DNA from: a virus
Taxonomy: Duplodnaviria > Caudoviricetes
Reading direction: 5' to 3' (one strand)
Virus record (IMG/VR): IMGVR_UViG_3300048579_000388
Location: 1-64,000 of that record
DNA length: 64,000 nt
Position numbers and translations under genes: made by a program. Of the stretch, positions 9,314-18,628 are shown piece after piece. Positions within the stretch are counted from its first letter, which is position 1, and the number at the start of each line of letters is the position of its first letter. The notes beneath the pieces were generated by a model, which was not told where the DNA came from, searched no databases, and worked only from the letters and a program-made list of their open reading frames with translations.

Positions 9314-9642
9314 GCTGCCCCCACGTCATTGGCCGGTGCCCTCAACGCGCCGTCTGGCAAGCGGTCCGCGATTTCCACGACGTGGTTGAACTGCTGCAAG
9401 ATCTCGGATGACAGACGCTCGGCTGCGCCCTCAGGGTCGAGTTCGTCGGCGATCTGCTGCTCAAGCTTCCGAGCATCGATCGCGATCTGGAGAGCGAACC
9501 ACTGGATTCGCTTCGCCGCTTCCTTCGTAAGGACGATCTTGCCGTCCATCTCGACGAGTTGACTGTCGACGTACTCCGTGTGTGCGTCGGCCATTATTGT
9601 AAGGCCCTCTGCCCGGAGGCAGGTTTCGATTTCTTCGGTCAT
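9310..9642 (-). CDS. Hypothetical protein
   Basis: 110 aa, coupled to xis. Confidence 0.55.
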   Translation of the reverse strand: MTEEIETCLRAEGLTIMADAHTEYVDSQLVEMDGKIVLTKEAAKRIQWFALQIAIDARKLEQQIADELDPEGAAERLSSEILQQFNHVVEIADRLPDGALRAPANDVGAA

Positions 9643-9893
9643 GCTGATCTCCGTGCAAAAAGTTGGTCGATTTTGTTTCCGCCGTCGTCGGGCAGGTCGG
9701 TGAAATAGGCGTCAAGCCGGAGCCGATCCCAAAGGACTCGGCCATCGACCCGCTTGGGTTTCGGCATGCGTCCGTCTTTGACCATTAGGTCGAATTTTGT
9801 GGGAGAGACGCCGACGTAGCGGGCGCTCTCGTCGCGGTCTAAGCCGCGCGGTGCGTAGGCGAAGCTGTCAGGCCCGCTGGCCATGGGCATCAC
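9639..9893 (-). CDS. Excisionase/AlpA-like HTH protein
   Basis: PRGLDRDESARYVGVSPTKFDLMVKDGRMPKPKRVDGRVLWD. Confidence 0.8.
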   Translation of the reverse strand: MMPMASGPDSFAYAPRGLDRDESARYVGVSPTKFDLMVKDGRMPKPKRVDGRVLWDRLRLDAYFTDLPDDGGNKIDQLFARRSA

Positions 9894-10041
9894 CCTCCAC
9901 AGCGCCGACCACCTGTTCGATGATGATCAATATTTCGGAGTTGAGAGAACGACGGTTTGCCTCAGCGCGGCGTCGGACTGCTTCTCGAAGGTCCGGCGGC
10001 AGACGAAGCTGGAATGCGTCTGATGGCTTGCTTGTTGACAT
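9868..10041 (-). CDS. Arc-family ribbon-helix-helix regulator (57 aa, below ORF-track cutoff)
   Basis: Manual translation MSTSKPSDAFQLRLPPDLREAVRRRAEANRRSLNSEILIIIE; GGAGG precedes start. Confidence 0.8.
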   Translation of the reverse strand: MSTSKPSDAFQLRLPPDLREAVRRRAEANRRSLNSEILIIIEQVVGAVEGDAHGQRA

Positions 10042-10059
10042 GAATATCCTCCGGGAATG

Positions 10060-10125
10060 ATACGTTAAGCATATCGATACGCTCGCACTATCATTGCGTC
10101 AAGGAAAATAATATGCTGAGCATAT
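10060..10125. promoter_or_regulatory. Two related operators between divergent Arc genes
   Basis: ATACGTTAAGCATAT (10060-10074) and palindrome ATATGCTGAGCATAT (10111-10125). Confidence 0.55.
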
Positions 10126-10148
10126 CATCCGAAACGACGGAGTGTGTG

Positions 10149-10457
10149 ATGGCCAAAATACCGAGCCGCGGCGTGGATCAATTTGTTCTGCGATTTCCAG
10201 ATGGCTTGCGAGAGCAAATTCGCCAACTGGCCGAACAGTCGGGCCGCAGCATGAACGCGGAAATCATCGCTCGGTTGGAGCAAACCCTTAGCGGCGTTGA
10301 CGTCGGCAGGCTCCAGGGAGAGAACGAGGCTCTTCGTGCGAATTTTGCGGTTTTGGCTGAGCAACTTGCAGGGCCTGTAGGGCAGAACCGCGAGGAAGTT
10401 ATACGGGTTTTGTCAGCTCTCCGCGTCCTCGGCAAAGTCGTTCCTGATGAAGGGTGA
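10149..10457 (+). CDS. Arc/Mnt-family repressor with coiled-coil tail
   Basis: [35 protein letters not shown]. Confidence 0.85.
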   Translation: MAKIPSRGVDQFVLRFPDGLREQIRQLAEQSGRSMNAEIIARLEQTLSGVDVGRLQGENEALRANFAVLAEQLAGPVGQNREEVIRVLSALRVLGKVVPDEG

Positions 10458-10461
10458 TAAA

Positions 10462-11550
10462 ATGACCGACGAAGAGCGCCGCCCATACCTCTCCAGCTTC
10501 CAAGACCGCCACGGCAAGACCCGTTGGCGCTACCGCAGGGCAGGCAAGACGATCAGCATTCCGGGCGTGCCCGGCGAACCCGAATTCGAGGAGGCCTATC
10601 AAGCGGCCATTGAGAGCAGGGAGCCGCGCAAGGCCGTCGTTGTGCCGCACCCTGGAGCCGTGGTGCCCAAGTCGTTCCGTGACGCATGGAAGCGGGTCAT
10701 GCGTACGCCGGAATGGCTGCGGCTCGACGAGAAGACCAAAGGGCAGGACGTCATGCTTGCCGAGCGATTCCTTGCCATGACCGTCGTCGACGACGCGCCC
10801 GACGTTTGGGCCGATATGCTCGTGGAGGATCTCCGCCGCCGGCACCTGAAAGAGGTACTGGCACGGTTCGCGGACAAGCCGCACGCCGGCAAGCATACGC
10901 TCAAGGTCATCCGGAAGATGATCAGGACCGGCCTTGACGAGGAATGGATCGAGCACGACGTCTCTGCCCAGCTCACCTATCGGCCGGGCTATGTCGGTTG
11001 GCGGGCGTGGACGGACGAAGAGCAGGAAAAGTTCGAGGCGAGGTGGCCGATCGGGTCGGCGGCGCGCACCTGTTACAGCTTGGCCTTATGGTTGGGCAAC
11101 CGCCGCAGTGACATCGCCCGACTGACCTGGCAACAGTTCGACTTCCGCCGAGGCGTTGTCACGCTTGAACAGGAGAAGGGCGGCAAGTTGCTCGTGCTGC
11201 CGATCACACCGATGCTGGCAGAAGCGCTGGCGCCGCTGCCGAGGGCAGGGGACGCGGTTCTACTTACCGCCTACGGCGACCCCTTCTCCGAGAAGAGCCT
11301 CACGGGCCGAATGGCAGATTGGACGAAAGCCGCCGGCCTGCCAAAGGGCTGCGTGCTGCATGGCCTTCGAAAGACGCTCGGCAAGATGATGGCCGAAGGC
11401 GGCGCGTCAACCCGGCAGCTCATGGAGACGCTCGGGCACAGCGATATCAACCACGCCGAGCTCTATTCCCGCGAGGCAGCACAGGCGCTTCTGGCAAAGC
11501 AGGCGATGGAGAAAGTGACCCGTCTGGTCGCGAAAAAGCGGCGTGGCTAA
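10462..11550 (+). CDS. int: Tyrosine integrase
   Basis: LGNRRSD, HGLRK, LGH and ELY catalytic motifs; adjacent to tRNA. Confidence 0.92.
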   Translation: MTDEERRPYLSSFQDRHGKTRWRYRRAGKTISIPGVPGEPEFEEAYQAAIESREPRKAVVVPHPGAVVPKSFRDAWKRVMRTPEWLRLDEKTKGQDVMLAERFLAMTVVDDAPDVWADMLVEDLRRRHLKEVLARFADKPHAGKHTLKVIRKMIRTGLDEEWIEHDVSAQLTYRPGYVGWRAWTDEEQEKFEARWPIGSAARTCYSLALWLGNRRSDIARLTWQQFDFRRGVVTLEQEKGGKLLVLPITPMLAEALAPLPRAGDAVLLTAYGDPFSEKSLTGRMADWTKAAGLPKGCVLHGLRKTLGKMMAEGGASTRQLMETLGHSDINHAELYSREAAQALLAKQAMEKVTRLVAKKRRG

Positions 11551-11607
11551 CCGACTGGCTAACCACCATGGCAAACCCGTATGTAAGTCATTGAAATTTA
11601 AGAATTC
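11546..11607. promoter_or_regulatory. att arm region: TGGCTAACC direct repeats and IHF-like site
   Basis: TGGCTAACC twice after integrase stop; TAAGTCATTGAAA resembles an IHF consensus. Confidence 0.45.
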
Positions 11608-11682
11608 TGGTACGCCCAACGGGACTCGAACCCGTGTTACCGCCGTGAGAGGGCGGCGTCCTGACCGCTAGACGATGGGCGC
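11608..11682 (-). tRNA. tRNA-Glu(CTC)
   Basis: Cloverleaf, anticodon arm CCGCC-CTCTCAC-GGCGG, GGTTCGAGTCC T-arm, CCA end. Confidence 0.97.
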
Positions 11683-11692
11683 AGCGCTGACA

Positions 11693-11721
11693 ACTATAGG
11701 CAAGGCCAAAGCCCGCTGCAA
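11693..11721 (-). promoter_or_regulatory. sigma70-type tRNA promoter (similar ones at 11844-11871 and 12059-12087)
   Basis: TTGCAG-N17-TATAGT; others TTGCGT-N16-TATAAG and TTGCGG-N17-TATAAG. Confidence 0.6.
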
Positions 11722-11750
11722 GCGTCATTGTCATGTCACGATTGTCGAAA

Positions 11751-11825
11751 TGGCACGCCCTAGGGGAGTCGAACCCCTCTTCCCAGAATGAAAATCTGGT
11801 GTCCTAACCGATAGACGAAGGGCGC
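11751..11825 (-). tRNA. tRNA-Glu(TTC)
   Basis: Anticodon arm CCAGA-TTTTCAT-TCTGG, T-arm, CCA end. Confidence 0.97.
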
Positions 11826-11971
11826 ATCCGCTTCGATGGCGCCCTTATAACAGCGGATTCGATTCACGCAAGCGGCTCGCGGCAATTCCCTCATAAAAAT
11901 TTCAAGTGATAGATGACGAAATGCCCGGAAGGCATTCAATGCATGGAATAATCGTTGGAAGAGGGAAGAGT

Positions 11972-12046
11972 TGGCACGCCCTAGGGGAGTCGAACCCCTC
12001 TTCCCAGAATGAAAATCTGGTGTCCTAACCGATAGACGAAGGGCGC
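11972..12046 (-). tRNA. tRNA-Glu(TTC), identical second copy
   Basis: 75-nt exact repeat of 11751..11825. Confidence 0.97.
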
Positions 12047-12180
12047 GCGAACGGGTGGCTTATAGCCAGCTTGTCCCTGGCCCGCAAGCGCAAATTTGCC
12101 TCCAAGCAAAGAAAATGCCCCGGAACGAATTTCCGGGGATTCCAAGCATTATCATGACGTTAGGAGCGGTACCGGCAGCC

Positions 12181-13665
12181 TCAGCTACGCATGCGCTTCT
12201 TGCGACGGCAACGCCAGTTCCAGTCGCGCTCGCCGCCGATATCGATATGGACCGATTCCGTGTGGCAATAGGTGCCGATGCCGCCGCGCCCCGGCAAGGA
12301 CCGCAGGAAGTCGGCGAGCTGCCATTTCGAGACGCCCTGCACCTGGATATCCGCCGCCGCGCACATCGTATGCAGCGAGTGGCGGACGCCGCCGGCGCGG
12401 CGGTTGCGGCGCGGGTCGCGGAAGCCGCTGGTGATGATGGCCGGGCGCTTGTAATGGTCCTCGACCATGCGGATCATGGAAACCAGCTCGGGACGCAGGC
12501 AGCCGACATCGACCTTGTCCGTCTGAATATAGAGGCCGTTGGGCGCGACCCGCGTCATCGACGGCAGCGATGCGAGCTGCATCAGTCCCTCGGATTCGTC
12601 CTCGCCATGGTCCTCGTCCTCCAGCCCGGTCGTGGTCGGGAACATCGCATTGGTCTGCACGCCGGGAAGCGTGTCGTCGCTCAGGGCGGCGGTCTGCATG
12701 TTCGGGATACCGCGCGTCACGCGCTTTTTCTTCTTGCCGAACCGGTCGCCGTCAAAATCGTCGGAGTCGGTCTTGCGGAAGAGATCCGCGAGCGTCAGCG
12801 GCTTCTTCTCCGTCGTCCTGCGGGTCGCGGGCAGGCTGTTGGTCGCCAGTTCGGCCTGCACCGCCGCCAGATCGGCCGAGGCGACTTCCTGTGTCGCGAT
12901 CTTTTCCGGCTCCGCCAGCGCATTTGCGGCGATCGCCGCATTGGCGTCGAGGATCGGAATTTCGGTATCGCCCATGGCGACCTTCTGGACTTCCTCGACT
13001 TCATCGGAATCGGGCATGGGCACGGCCATCCGCTCGGCAAGGCTGTCGTAGCTCGGCACCGCCGCGGCGGGGTCCGTCGCCTGCATGGTGGCCGCGGCGT
13101 CGGCGGCGATCACCGCCTCGACGCTGTTGTTGCTGAAAAGGCTCGCCTTGGTCGCATCCACCGGCTGGTTGACGACGCGGGCGCTTTTCTGCGTCACGCC
13201 CTGGTCGATGAATTGGTTGCCGTCGGTCGAGAAGATGCTGCTGCGGGTCGCCGCGATGTTCCGCGGCTGTGCGAGCAGGCCCTGCTGCTCGGCCTGCGCC
13301 TGCTCGCCGCCGTCGACCGTAGCCGTATCGAGCGATTCGACATCGGCCTGCGCCTGCTGTTCGATCTCGGATGCGGGAGCGTTGTCGGCCTGCTGCCGGG
13401 CCGCGAGCTCGGCGAGCGTGGAAGGAGTGCTGTTGGCGTTGGTTTCGATCTGCGCGAGCTGGTCGGCGGGAGAGGACATGCAGCCGCCCAGTCCAAGCAT
13501 GGTGGCGGCTAGGAGCGCACAGGACAGCAACCGGGTGTTCGCGCTCTTGATCCGGTACTCAGGCAAAATCCGTCCCACCCTGTTCAGTATGGCTTTTGAC
13601 TCCGGCGGAATGTGTTTAGACACAAAATCGCGGAATGTAAACCACGGTAAAATTGTCGTGATCAC
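12181..13665 (-). CDS. Peptidase M15A/YcbK-family lipoprotein (true start probably downstream)
   Basis: Lipobox-like LGLGGC; C-terminal ITSGFRDP...HSLH..CAAADI...HID motifs. Confidence 0.8.
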   Translation of the reverse strand: MITTILPWFTFRDFVSKHIPPESKAILNRVGRILPEYRIKSANTRLLSCALLAATMLGLGGCMSSPADQLAQIETNANSTPSTLAELAARQQADNAPASEIEQQAQADVESLDTATVDGGEQAQAEQQGLLAQPRNIAATRSSIFSTDGNQFIDQGVTQKSARVVNQPVDATKASLFSNNSVEAVIAADAAATMQATDPAAAVPSYDSLAERMAVPMPDSDEVEEVQKVAMGDTEIPILDANAAIAANALAEPEKIATQEVASADLAAVQAELATNSLPATRRTTEKKPLTLADLFRKTDSDDFDGDRFGKKKKRVTRGIPNMQTAALSDDTLPGVQTNAMFPTTTGLEDEDHGEDESEGLMQLASLPSMTRVAPNGLYIQTDKVDVGCLRPELVSMIRMVEDHYKRPAIITSGFRDPRRNRRAGGVRHSLHTMCAAADIQVQGVSKWQLADFLRSLPGRGGIGTYCHTESVHIDIGGERDWNWRCRRKKRMRS

Positions 13666-13791
13666 CGCCCCGGAACGCTAGGCCGCCTGCCTTGCCCGAA
13701 ACCAGCGGCACGGGCGCCCGGCAAACCCGTTGCCTGTCCAATGCGGCGAAAGCGCGGTTCATCCGGTCCGGAGCTTGTGCCAGGCTTGCGG

Positions 13792-14232
13792 CTACCACTT
13801 GCCCGTGTTGGGCATGGAGAGCCAGGGTTCGGCCGGGGCAAGCGCGCTGCCTTTCTGCAGGATCTCGATCGAGATGCCGTCGGGCGAACGGACGAAGGCC
13901 ATGCGCCCGTCGCGCGGCGGACGGTTGATGGTGACGCCTTTTGCCTGCAGGTGGGCGCATAGCGCATAGATATCGTCGACTTCATAGGCGAGATGGCCGA
14001 AATTGCGGCCGCCGGCATAGTCCTCCGGGTCCCAGTTATAGGTGAGTTCGATCGTGGGCGTGCTGCTTTCCCGTGCGCTCGCCACGTCGTCAGTGGAGGC
14101 GAGGAAGATCAGAGTATAGCGGCCGGCCTCGTTCACGTGCCGGCGAATCTCCACCATGCCGAGCTTGTCGCAATAGAAGTCGAGGGACTGGTCGATGTCC
14201 GTCACGCGGACCATGGTGTGGAGATAGCGCAT
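13792..14232 (-). CDS. gloA: Lactoylglutathione lyase (glyoxalase I)
   Basis: [10 protein letters not shown]...IELTYNWD...[15 protein letters not shown]. Confidence 0.9.
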   Translation of the reverse strand: MRYLHTMVRVTDIDQSLDFYCDKLGMVEIRRHVNEAGRYTLIFLASTDDVASARESSTPTIELTYNWDPEDYAGGRNFGHLAYEVDDIYALCAHLQAKGVTINRPPRDGRMAFVRSPDGISIEILQKGSALAPAEPWLSMPNTGKW

Positions 14233-14421
14233 GGGAGTTCCTCTCTGGTGATTTGGCGCCGGGAATTTGGACAGAAAGACAGCCTGAGGCAAGCCATTTA
14301 TGGGATCAGATGTCCTGGGTTTTTTGCCTACCGGGACTTGCATCTGTATCATTTCGGGATGTTAATCTCAGTTCTGAAGAATCAGTTAACCGGTATGTGG
14401 CGTAAGTAGGGGCGAGGCAGG

Positions 14422-15000
14422 ATGGCGGATAGGATTTCTTCAAAGAGTGTTTCTCTCTTCGAGGACATGGCTGCCGAGCCGGTTGACCTGATCGAAATCA
14501 CCGGCGTCATCAAATGGTTCGATGTCGCAAAGGGTTTCGGCTTCATCGTGCCGGACAACGGACAGGCCGATGTCCTGCTGCACGTGACATGTCTGCGCCG
14601 CGACGGCTATCAGACGATCCTCGAGGGAACGCGCGTGGTCGCGCTGATCCAGAAGCGTGATCGCGGCTATCAGGCCTTCCGCATTCTGTCGATGGACACG
14701 TCGACCGCGGTCCATCCCTCGCAGCTTCCGCCGGTGCGCACGCATGTCCAGGTGACGCCGTCGAGCGGCCTCGAGCGCGCTATCGTCAAGTGGTTCAACC
14801 GCACCAAGGGTTTTGGCTTTTTGACGCGCGGCGAGGGGACCGAGGACATTTTCGTCCATATGGAGACGCTTCGCCGCTACGGCATTACCGAGTTGCGCCC
14901 CGGCCAGAGCGTGCTGGTTCGCTTCGGCGACGGCGACAAAGGCCTGATGGCCGCCGAAATCCATCCCGACGTCGTCAATCCCGTGAACCGGGCTCATTGA
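14422..15000 (+). CDS. Cold-shock protein with two CSD domains
   Basis: KWFDVAKGFGFI and KWFNRTKGFGFL RNP1 motifs. Confidence 0.92.
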   Translation: MADRISSKSVSLFEDMAAEPVDLIEITGVIKWFDVAKGFGFIVPDNGQADVLLHVTCLRRDGYQTILEGTRVVALIQKRDRGYQAFRILSMDTSTAVHPSQLPPVRTHVQVTPSSGLERAIVKWFNRTKGFGFLTRGEGTEDIFVHMETLRRYGITELRPGQSVLVRFGDGDKGLMAAEIHPDVVNPVNRAH

Positions 15001-15002
15001 GC

Positions 15003-15488
15003 ATGACGCTGTCGCTGCGGTCGATACCGAGCGCCCTCGTGGCGCTCTTTCTGTTTGGCCTGGTCGCGGGATCGGCCTTTTCCGCGACCTTTTCCACCGA
15101 GGCGCTGACGATCCGCCGGTTCGACGGCACGACGGCGGTCTTCACCGTCGAGCTCGCGCTCTCCGCCGACCAGCGCGCGCAGGGGCTGATGAACCGCAAG
15201 GCGATGGCGGACGATCGCGGCATGCTCTTCGATTTCGGCCTCAGCCGCCGCGTGGCGATGTGGATGAAGAACACCTACCTGCCGCTCGACATGCTGTTCA
15301 TCCGTGCGGACGGTACCATCACGCGGGTGGCATCCGACACCGTGCCGCTGTCCGAGGCGATCATCGATTCCGGGGAGCCGGTCCATTTCGTTCTCGAGCT
15401 CAATGCCGGAACGGCCGCAAAGCTCGGAATTGCTTTCGGCGACAAGGTCGAGAGCGCCACCATCGCGGCGGCCGCGGCAAAGCCCTGA
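15003..15488 (+). CDS. DUF192 family exported protein
   Basis: Signal peptide; GLMNR...GMLF...MWMKNTYLPLDMLF...VLELNAG. Confidence 0.88.
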   Translation: MTLSLRSIPSALVALFLFGLVAGSAFSATFSTEALTIRRFDGTTAVFTVELALSADQRAQGLMNRKAMADDRGMLFDFGLSRRVAMWMKNTYLPLDMLFIRADGTITRVASDTVPLSEAIIDSGEPVHFVLELNAGTAAKLGIAFGDKVESATIAAAAAKP

Positions 15489-15551
15489 AGAACCGGTTTT
15501 TTCGGTTGCGGGCCGGGGTCGGTTTGTGTAATCCAGCGGCATCGGACGGCA

Positions 15552-15628
<77 letters not shown>

Positions 15629-15646
15629 TCGAAGCCTTTGAAAAGG

Positions 15647-16909
15647 CTATTCATTTTTTCCTCCATCGATAATCCGGACCTTGCCTTGTGAGTGCATTGT
15701 GGGAGCAAGCAGGCTTCTGCGGGTGTACTTTTGGAGCTTGAGGATGATCTCTTCGGTCGCGCGAGCGGGCGCGTCGAGGTAGTCGGGATCGAATTTTTCA
15801 TACCAATCCGTCGTCGACGAGCCGCTGCGAACCCGGTGGCCGAGCCATAGGGATCGCTGCTCACGCGACACGGCGACCTTGGTGCGGCGCATGTAGGACG
15901 CGATGAAGTGGCGCAGGATGTAGCAGGTCATCTCAGGCATCCAGCCGGGATAGATGATCTCGCCGGAATCGCTCACGCGTTGGTCGCGGCGGCCGATCTT
16001 GTTGATGCGCTTTTCGACGACGTCCTGATAGCCGGCGATGGGACGATCGTCCTTCCAGTGCTCCAGCCATGCGGCCAACTGCGTCGTCAGCCGGAGGACA
16101 GGCCGGCGTTTCTTGGTCTGGCGGCGGCCCTTCGGGTTGAGATCGATGAGACCGAATTCATAGTCGACCTGCTCGCTCACGCGCAGATCGAAGATGGCTT
16201 CATTGCGCGCCGCCGTGTTGAGGGCGATGATGACATAGCGGAAATCATCATCCTCCTCGATCCTGTCAATCCACTTGCCGAGCTCCTGGAAGGTCGGCAG
16301 GTATTCGCGCGGGCCGTTGATGTTGAGGCCGAGGTAGTTGGCGATCTCGGCTTCGTCGCAAAAGACCGGGACCGATTCATCGAGCAGGCGCACTTCTGTC
16401 TCCTCGTCGTCGACCATGATGATCTGCGGCAGGGCGCAATAGTTAAGCGCGGCGCGCACCGAAATCATGTAGGTCGAGATGGATTTAGGCGTGAGGCCGG
16501 CGTGGCGGGCCATATGCGACCAGACCTTCTGCTGATTGATGCGGGTGAGACGGGCGACGGTTGGCACGAGCTCGATCGTCGTCATGGCATCGTTGACCAG
16601 CTGGGCCGCGCGGCGGGCGGCCGCCATCTGCTTATAGCCTGCCGGCTCGGCCTTGTATTTCAGGTAGTGGGCGAGGGCGTCGACGAGATAGACCTGGCTC
16701 GGGGCTTTGGAGGAGATGCCTTTGCCGGCGAGAGCTTCGATGAGTTCGTCTTTTGCGTCGGGTAGATCAGTTGCAAGGAGCGCTTTACGCTTAACGCGTC
16801 GGCTTCCGTCATCATACCAATATCGGTAGTAGCCGGGCCGTCCTGGCTCTTGTCCGATCCATTGTCCCTTATATTCGAAGAGCCCCCGAGATCCTCGCTC
16901 TCGTCGCAT
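15647..16909 (-). CDS. int: Tyrosine integrase
   Basis: TAARNEAI, ILRHFIA, WLGH and WY motifs; GAGGA precedes start 16909. Confidence 0.88.
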   Translation of the reverse strand: MRRERGSRGLFEYKGQWIGQEPGRPGYYRYWYDDGSRRVKRKALLATDLPDAKDELIEALAGKGISSKAPSQVYLVDALAHYLKYKAEPAGYKQMAAARRAAQLVNDAMTTIELVPTVARLTRINQQKVWSHMARHAGLTPKSISTYMISVRAALNYCALPQIIMVDDEETEVRLLDESVPVFCDEAEIANYLGLNINGPREYLPTFQELGKWIDRIEEDDDFRYVIIALNTAARNEAIFDLRVSEQVDYEFGLIDLNPKGRRQTKKRRPVLRLTTQLAAWLEHWKDDRPIAGYQDVVEKRINKIGRRDQRVSDSGEIIYPGWMPEMTCYILRHFIASYMRRTKVAVSREQRSLWLGHRVRSGSSTTDWYEKFDPDYLDAPARATEEIILKLQKYTRRSLLAPTMHSQGKVRIIDGGKNE

Positions 16910-17106
16910 GTAAAATCCTCGTTGAAGGCGCGCTCGAGATCGCTGCGCGCGTAGACCTGCTTCCCCTGCCTGCCGCTGAACACCCGGATCATGCGGGCCT
17001 TGCGCCAGCGCGAGATGATTTGTGCGCTCAGCCATGGGTAGTCGTCAAGCGCAGCGTCATGGGTGATCAGGTCGGCAAAAGTCACGGGCTGGAACGGCTG
17101 GGTCAT
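16660..17106 (-). CDS. Excisionase-like HTH protein overlapping the integrase 5' end
   Basis: WLSAQIISRWRKARMIRVFSGRQGKQVYARSDLERAF; position upstream of int. Confidence 0.55.
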   Translation of the reverse strand: MTQPFQPVTFADLITHDAALDDYPWLSAQIISRWRKARMIRVFSGRQGKQVYARSDLERAFNEDFTCDESEDLGGSSNIRDNGSDKSQDGPATTDIGMMTEADALSVKRSLQLIYPTQKTNSSKLSPAKASPPKPRARSISSTPSPTT

Positions 17107-17345
17107 TTCTTCACCGCTCGGCTGAGGTGGGTGGCATAGGCGCCCACGGCCTTCCAGTAAGCTGCCATCGGCGCCTTGTTTCGTTTCCAGCTCACTTGAG
17201 CGCGTTCGCGAGCGTCGGCGCCAAGCTCTTTGAAGATATCGGCCAGAACGGCGCGCGCGGCCGGATCAAGTTCCTTAAGTCGGGCGGCGGAGGGTAGACC
17301 CAGGACGGGGTTCCGAACCTCTGGTTTTGAAGATCTGTCGCTCAT
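17103..17345 (-). CDS. Hypothetical phage protein
   Basis: 80 aa, overlaps both neighbours. Confidence 0.55.
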   Translation of the reverse strand: MSDRSSKPEVRNPVLGLPSAARLKELDPAARAVLADIFKELGADARERAQVSWKRNKAPMAAYWKAVGAYATHLSRAVKK

Positions 17346-17698
17346 GGCGAAACCTCTTCGCACATGGGAATCGATCTAGCGCGGTCGCGTCTGCGGCAGT
17401 TTTCTTTATGAGTGACCAGCTCGAGATGCGTTCGGCCATTTTCATCGATGTCCGGTCGAACACAGAGGCGATTCCTGCAGACGTGGTCGAGCTGCTTCTT
17501 CCCCGGCACGAAGCCGTGCTCATTGGTCCACATGACGATGTGAACGGCGACGGTCTGGCCGTCGAGCGACATGCGCGGATAGTTCTTGCCGCGGCCGCTG
17601 TCGCCGGAGGTCGGCCCAGTCCAGACGTAGCAGCCGGTTAGCTCGTCGATGACGACGCGAGACATGACCTTTTCGCGGATGCGCTGGCGGCTGCTCAT
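17342..17698 (-). CDS. HNH endonuclease
   Basis: GCYVWTG...VHIVMW...LDHVCRNRLCVRPD. Confidence 0.85.
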   Translation of the reverse strand: MSSRQRIREKVMSRVVIDELTGCYVWTGPTSGDSGRGKNYPRMSLDGQTVAVHIVMWTNEHGFVPGKKQLDHVCRNRLCVRPDIDENGRTHLELVTHKENCRRRDRARSIPMCEEVSP

Positions 17699-17731
17699 AT
17701 TACAGCCGCCCTCGTAGTTTTCATTTGGCGA

Positions 17732-17908
17732 TTATTCATGGGGAAGCCTCATGTAGGCAATCTGAGTGCATGTGATTACTGCCCTTGAGACCGCGTCGAC
17801 GCCCCAATCTCTTTCAAGGAGTTTGAGTTGCCGTTGGATATCCTTGGCGGTGACGTCGCTGCACTTGAAAAGTGCATCTACAACGTTCACAAGCTCCTTA
17901 TCGGTCAT
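17732..17908 (-). CDS. Small AT-richer hypothetical protein
   Basis: 58 aa with GGAG ribosome-binding site. Confidence 0.4.
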   Translation of the reverse strand: MTDKELVNVVDALFKCSDVTAKDIQRQLKLLERDWGVDAVSRAVITCTQIAYMRLPHE

Positions 17909-17922
17909 TTGAAAGCTCCTAA

Positions 17923-18627
17923 ATGTTTCATGTTCCACAACACTGCGGACGCTGCGGTCACCTCGTCGATTTCAGATTCAGGAACGTCTGGCAGGTCGCC
18001 ATGAGGCCGATAGTGTCTGAGCCCGTGCCGGCGTCGAGGGTTGCGCGAGCGATCGCTTCCGACAATCTCGGTCCTGATGTGAAGGGAGCGGCGGTCGCCT
18101 TCTGTCCGAGGTGCTATTTGCCAAGTCTGATCGACTTCACCACGAAGGAGCGCTACCTCGACGGCATTATTGGAAATCTTGCGAGCGAAGAGGGATTGAT
18201 GGGTGGTCCGGACCTTGTGAAGGTTACGGCCGTCTACCCGCCCGAAGCCAAGCCAGATGAAGATCAGGACTGGCCTTCTGACATCGCTCCGATCTTTCGC
18301 GACGCCCAGAAAATGCTTTCTCAGCAGATGACACCGTCCCTGATCATATCGGCATGCCGATCGGTCCTGGATATGGCCACAGCCCAATTGCTGCAGGGAA
18401 CGCCAGAAAAGGTTCTCATGCGCCGCATCGAGCGACTTCATGCCGATGGGGTTATCACGAAGCCGATTGCGGATTGGGCTCACCAGATTCGCATCGACGG
18501 TAATGAATCCGTCCATGAAGGAAGGGGTGAGGTCGAGGATGCGCGCGTTTACGTGCAATTCCTGAAGATCTTTCTGAATGTCGCCTTCAGCCTTCCGATG
18601 GCCATCGACCGAAAGAAGAACCCCTAG
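17923..18627 (+). CDS. Zn-ribbon plus DUF4145 (HEPN-like) protein, moron
   Basis: CGRC...CPRC; ACRSVLD...L..RIERL...WAHQIRIDGNESVH; antisense to the operon. Confidence 0.75.
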   Translation: MFHVPQHCGRCGHLVDFRFRNVWQVAMRPIVSEPVPASRVARAIASDNLGPDVKGAAVAFCPRCYLPSLIDFTTKERYLDGIIGNLASEEGLMGGPDLVKVTAVYPPEAKPDEDQDWPSDIAPIFRDAQKMLSQQMTPSLIISACRSVLDMATAQLLQGTPEKVLMRRIERLHADGVITKPIADWAHQIRIDGNESVHEGRGEVEDARVYVQFLKIFLNVAFSLPMAIDRKKNP

Positions 18628-18628
18628 T

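Larger units (their letters stand above)
1..11607. mobile_element. Left phage-derived element (satellite-like or cryptic prophage) integrated at the 3' end of tRNA-Glu(CTC); left boundary outside window
   Basis: Integrase ends 58 bp from tRNA 3' end; xis, Arc regulators, replication, capsid, head-tail and tape-measure genes. Confidence 0.85.

Noticed and set aside
11751-12046. Duplicated tRNA-Glu(TTC) as an att duplication
   Set aside because: Both copies are full length with their own promoters and no element between them; ordinary tRNA gene duplication.
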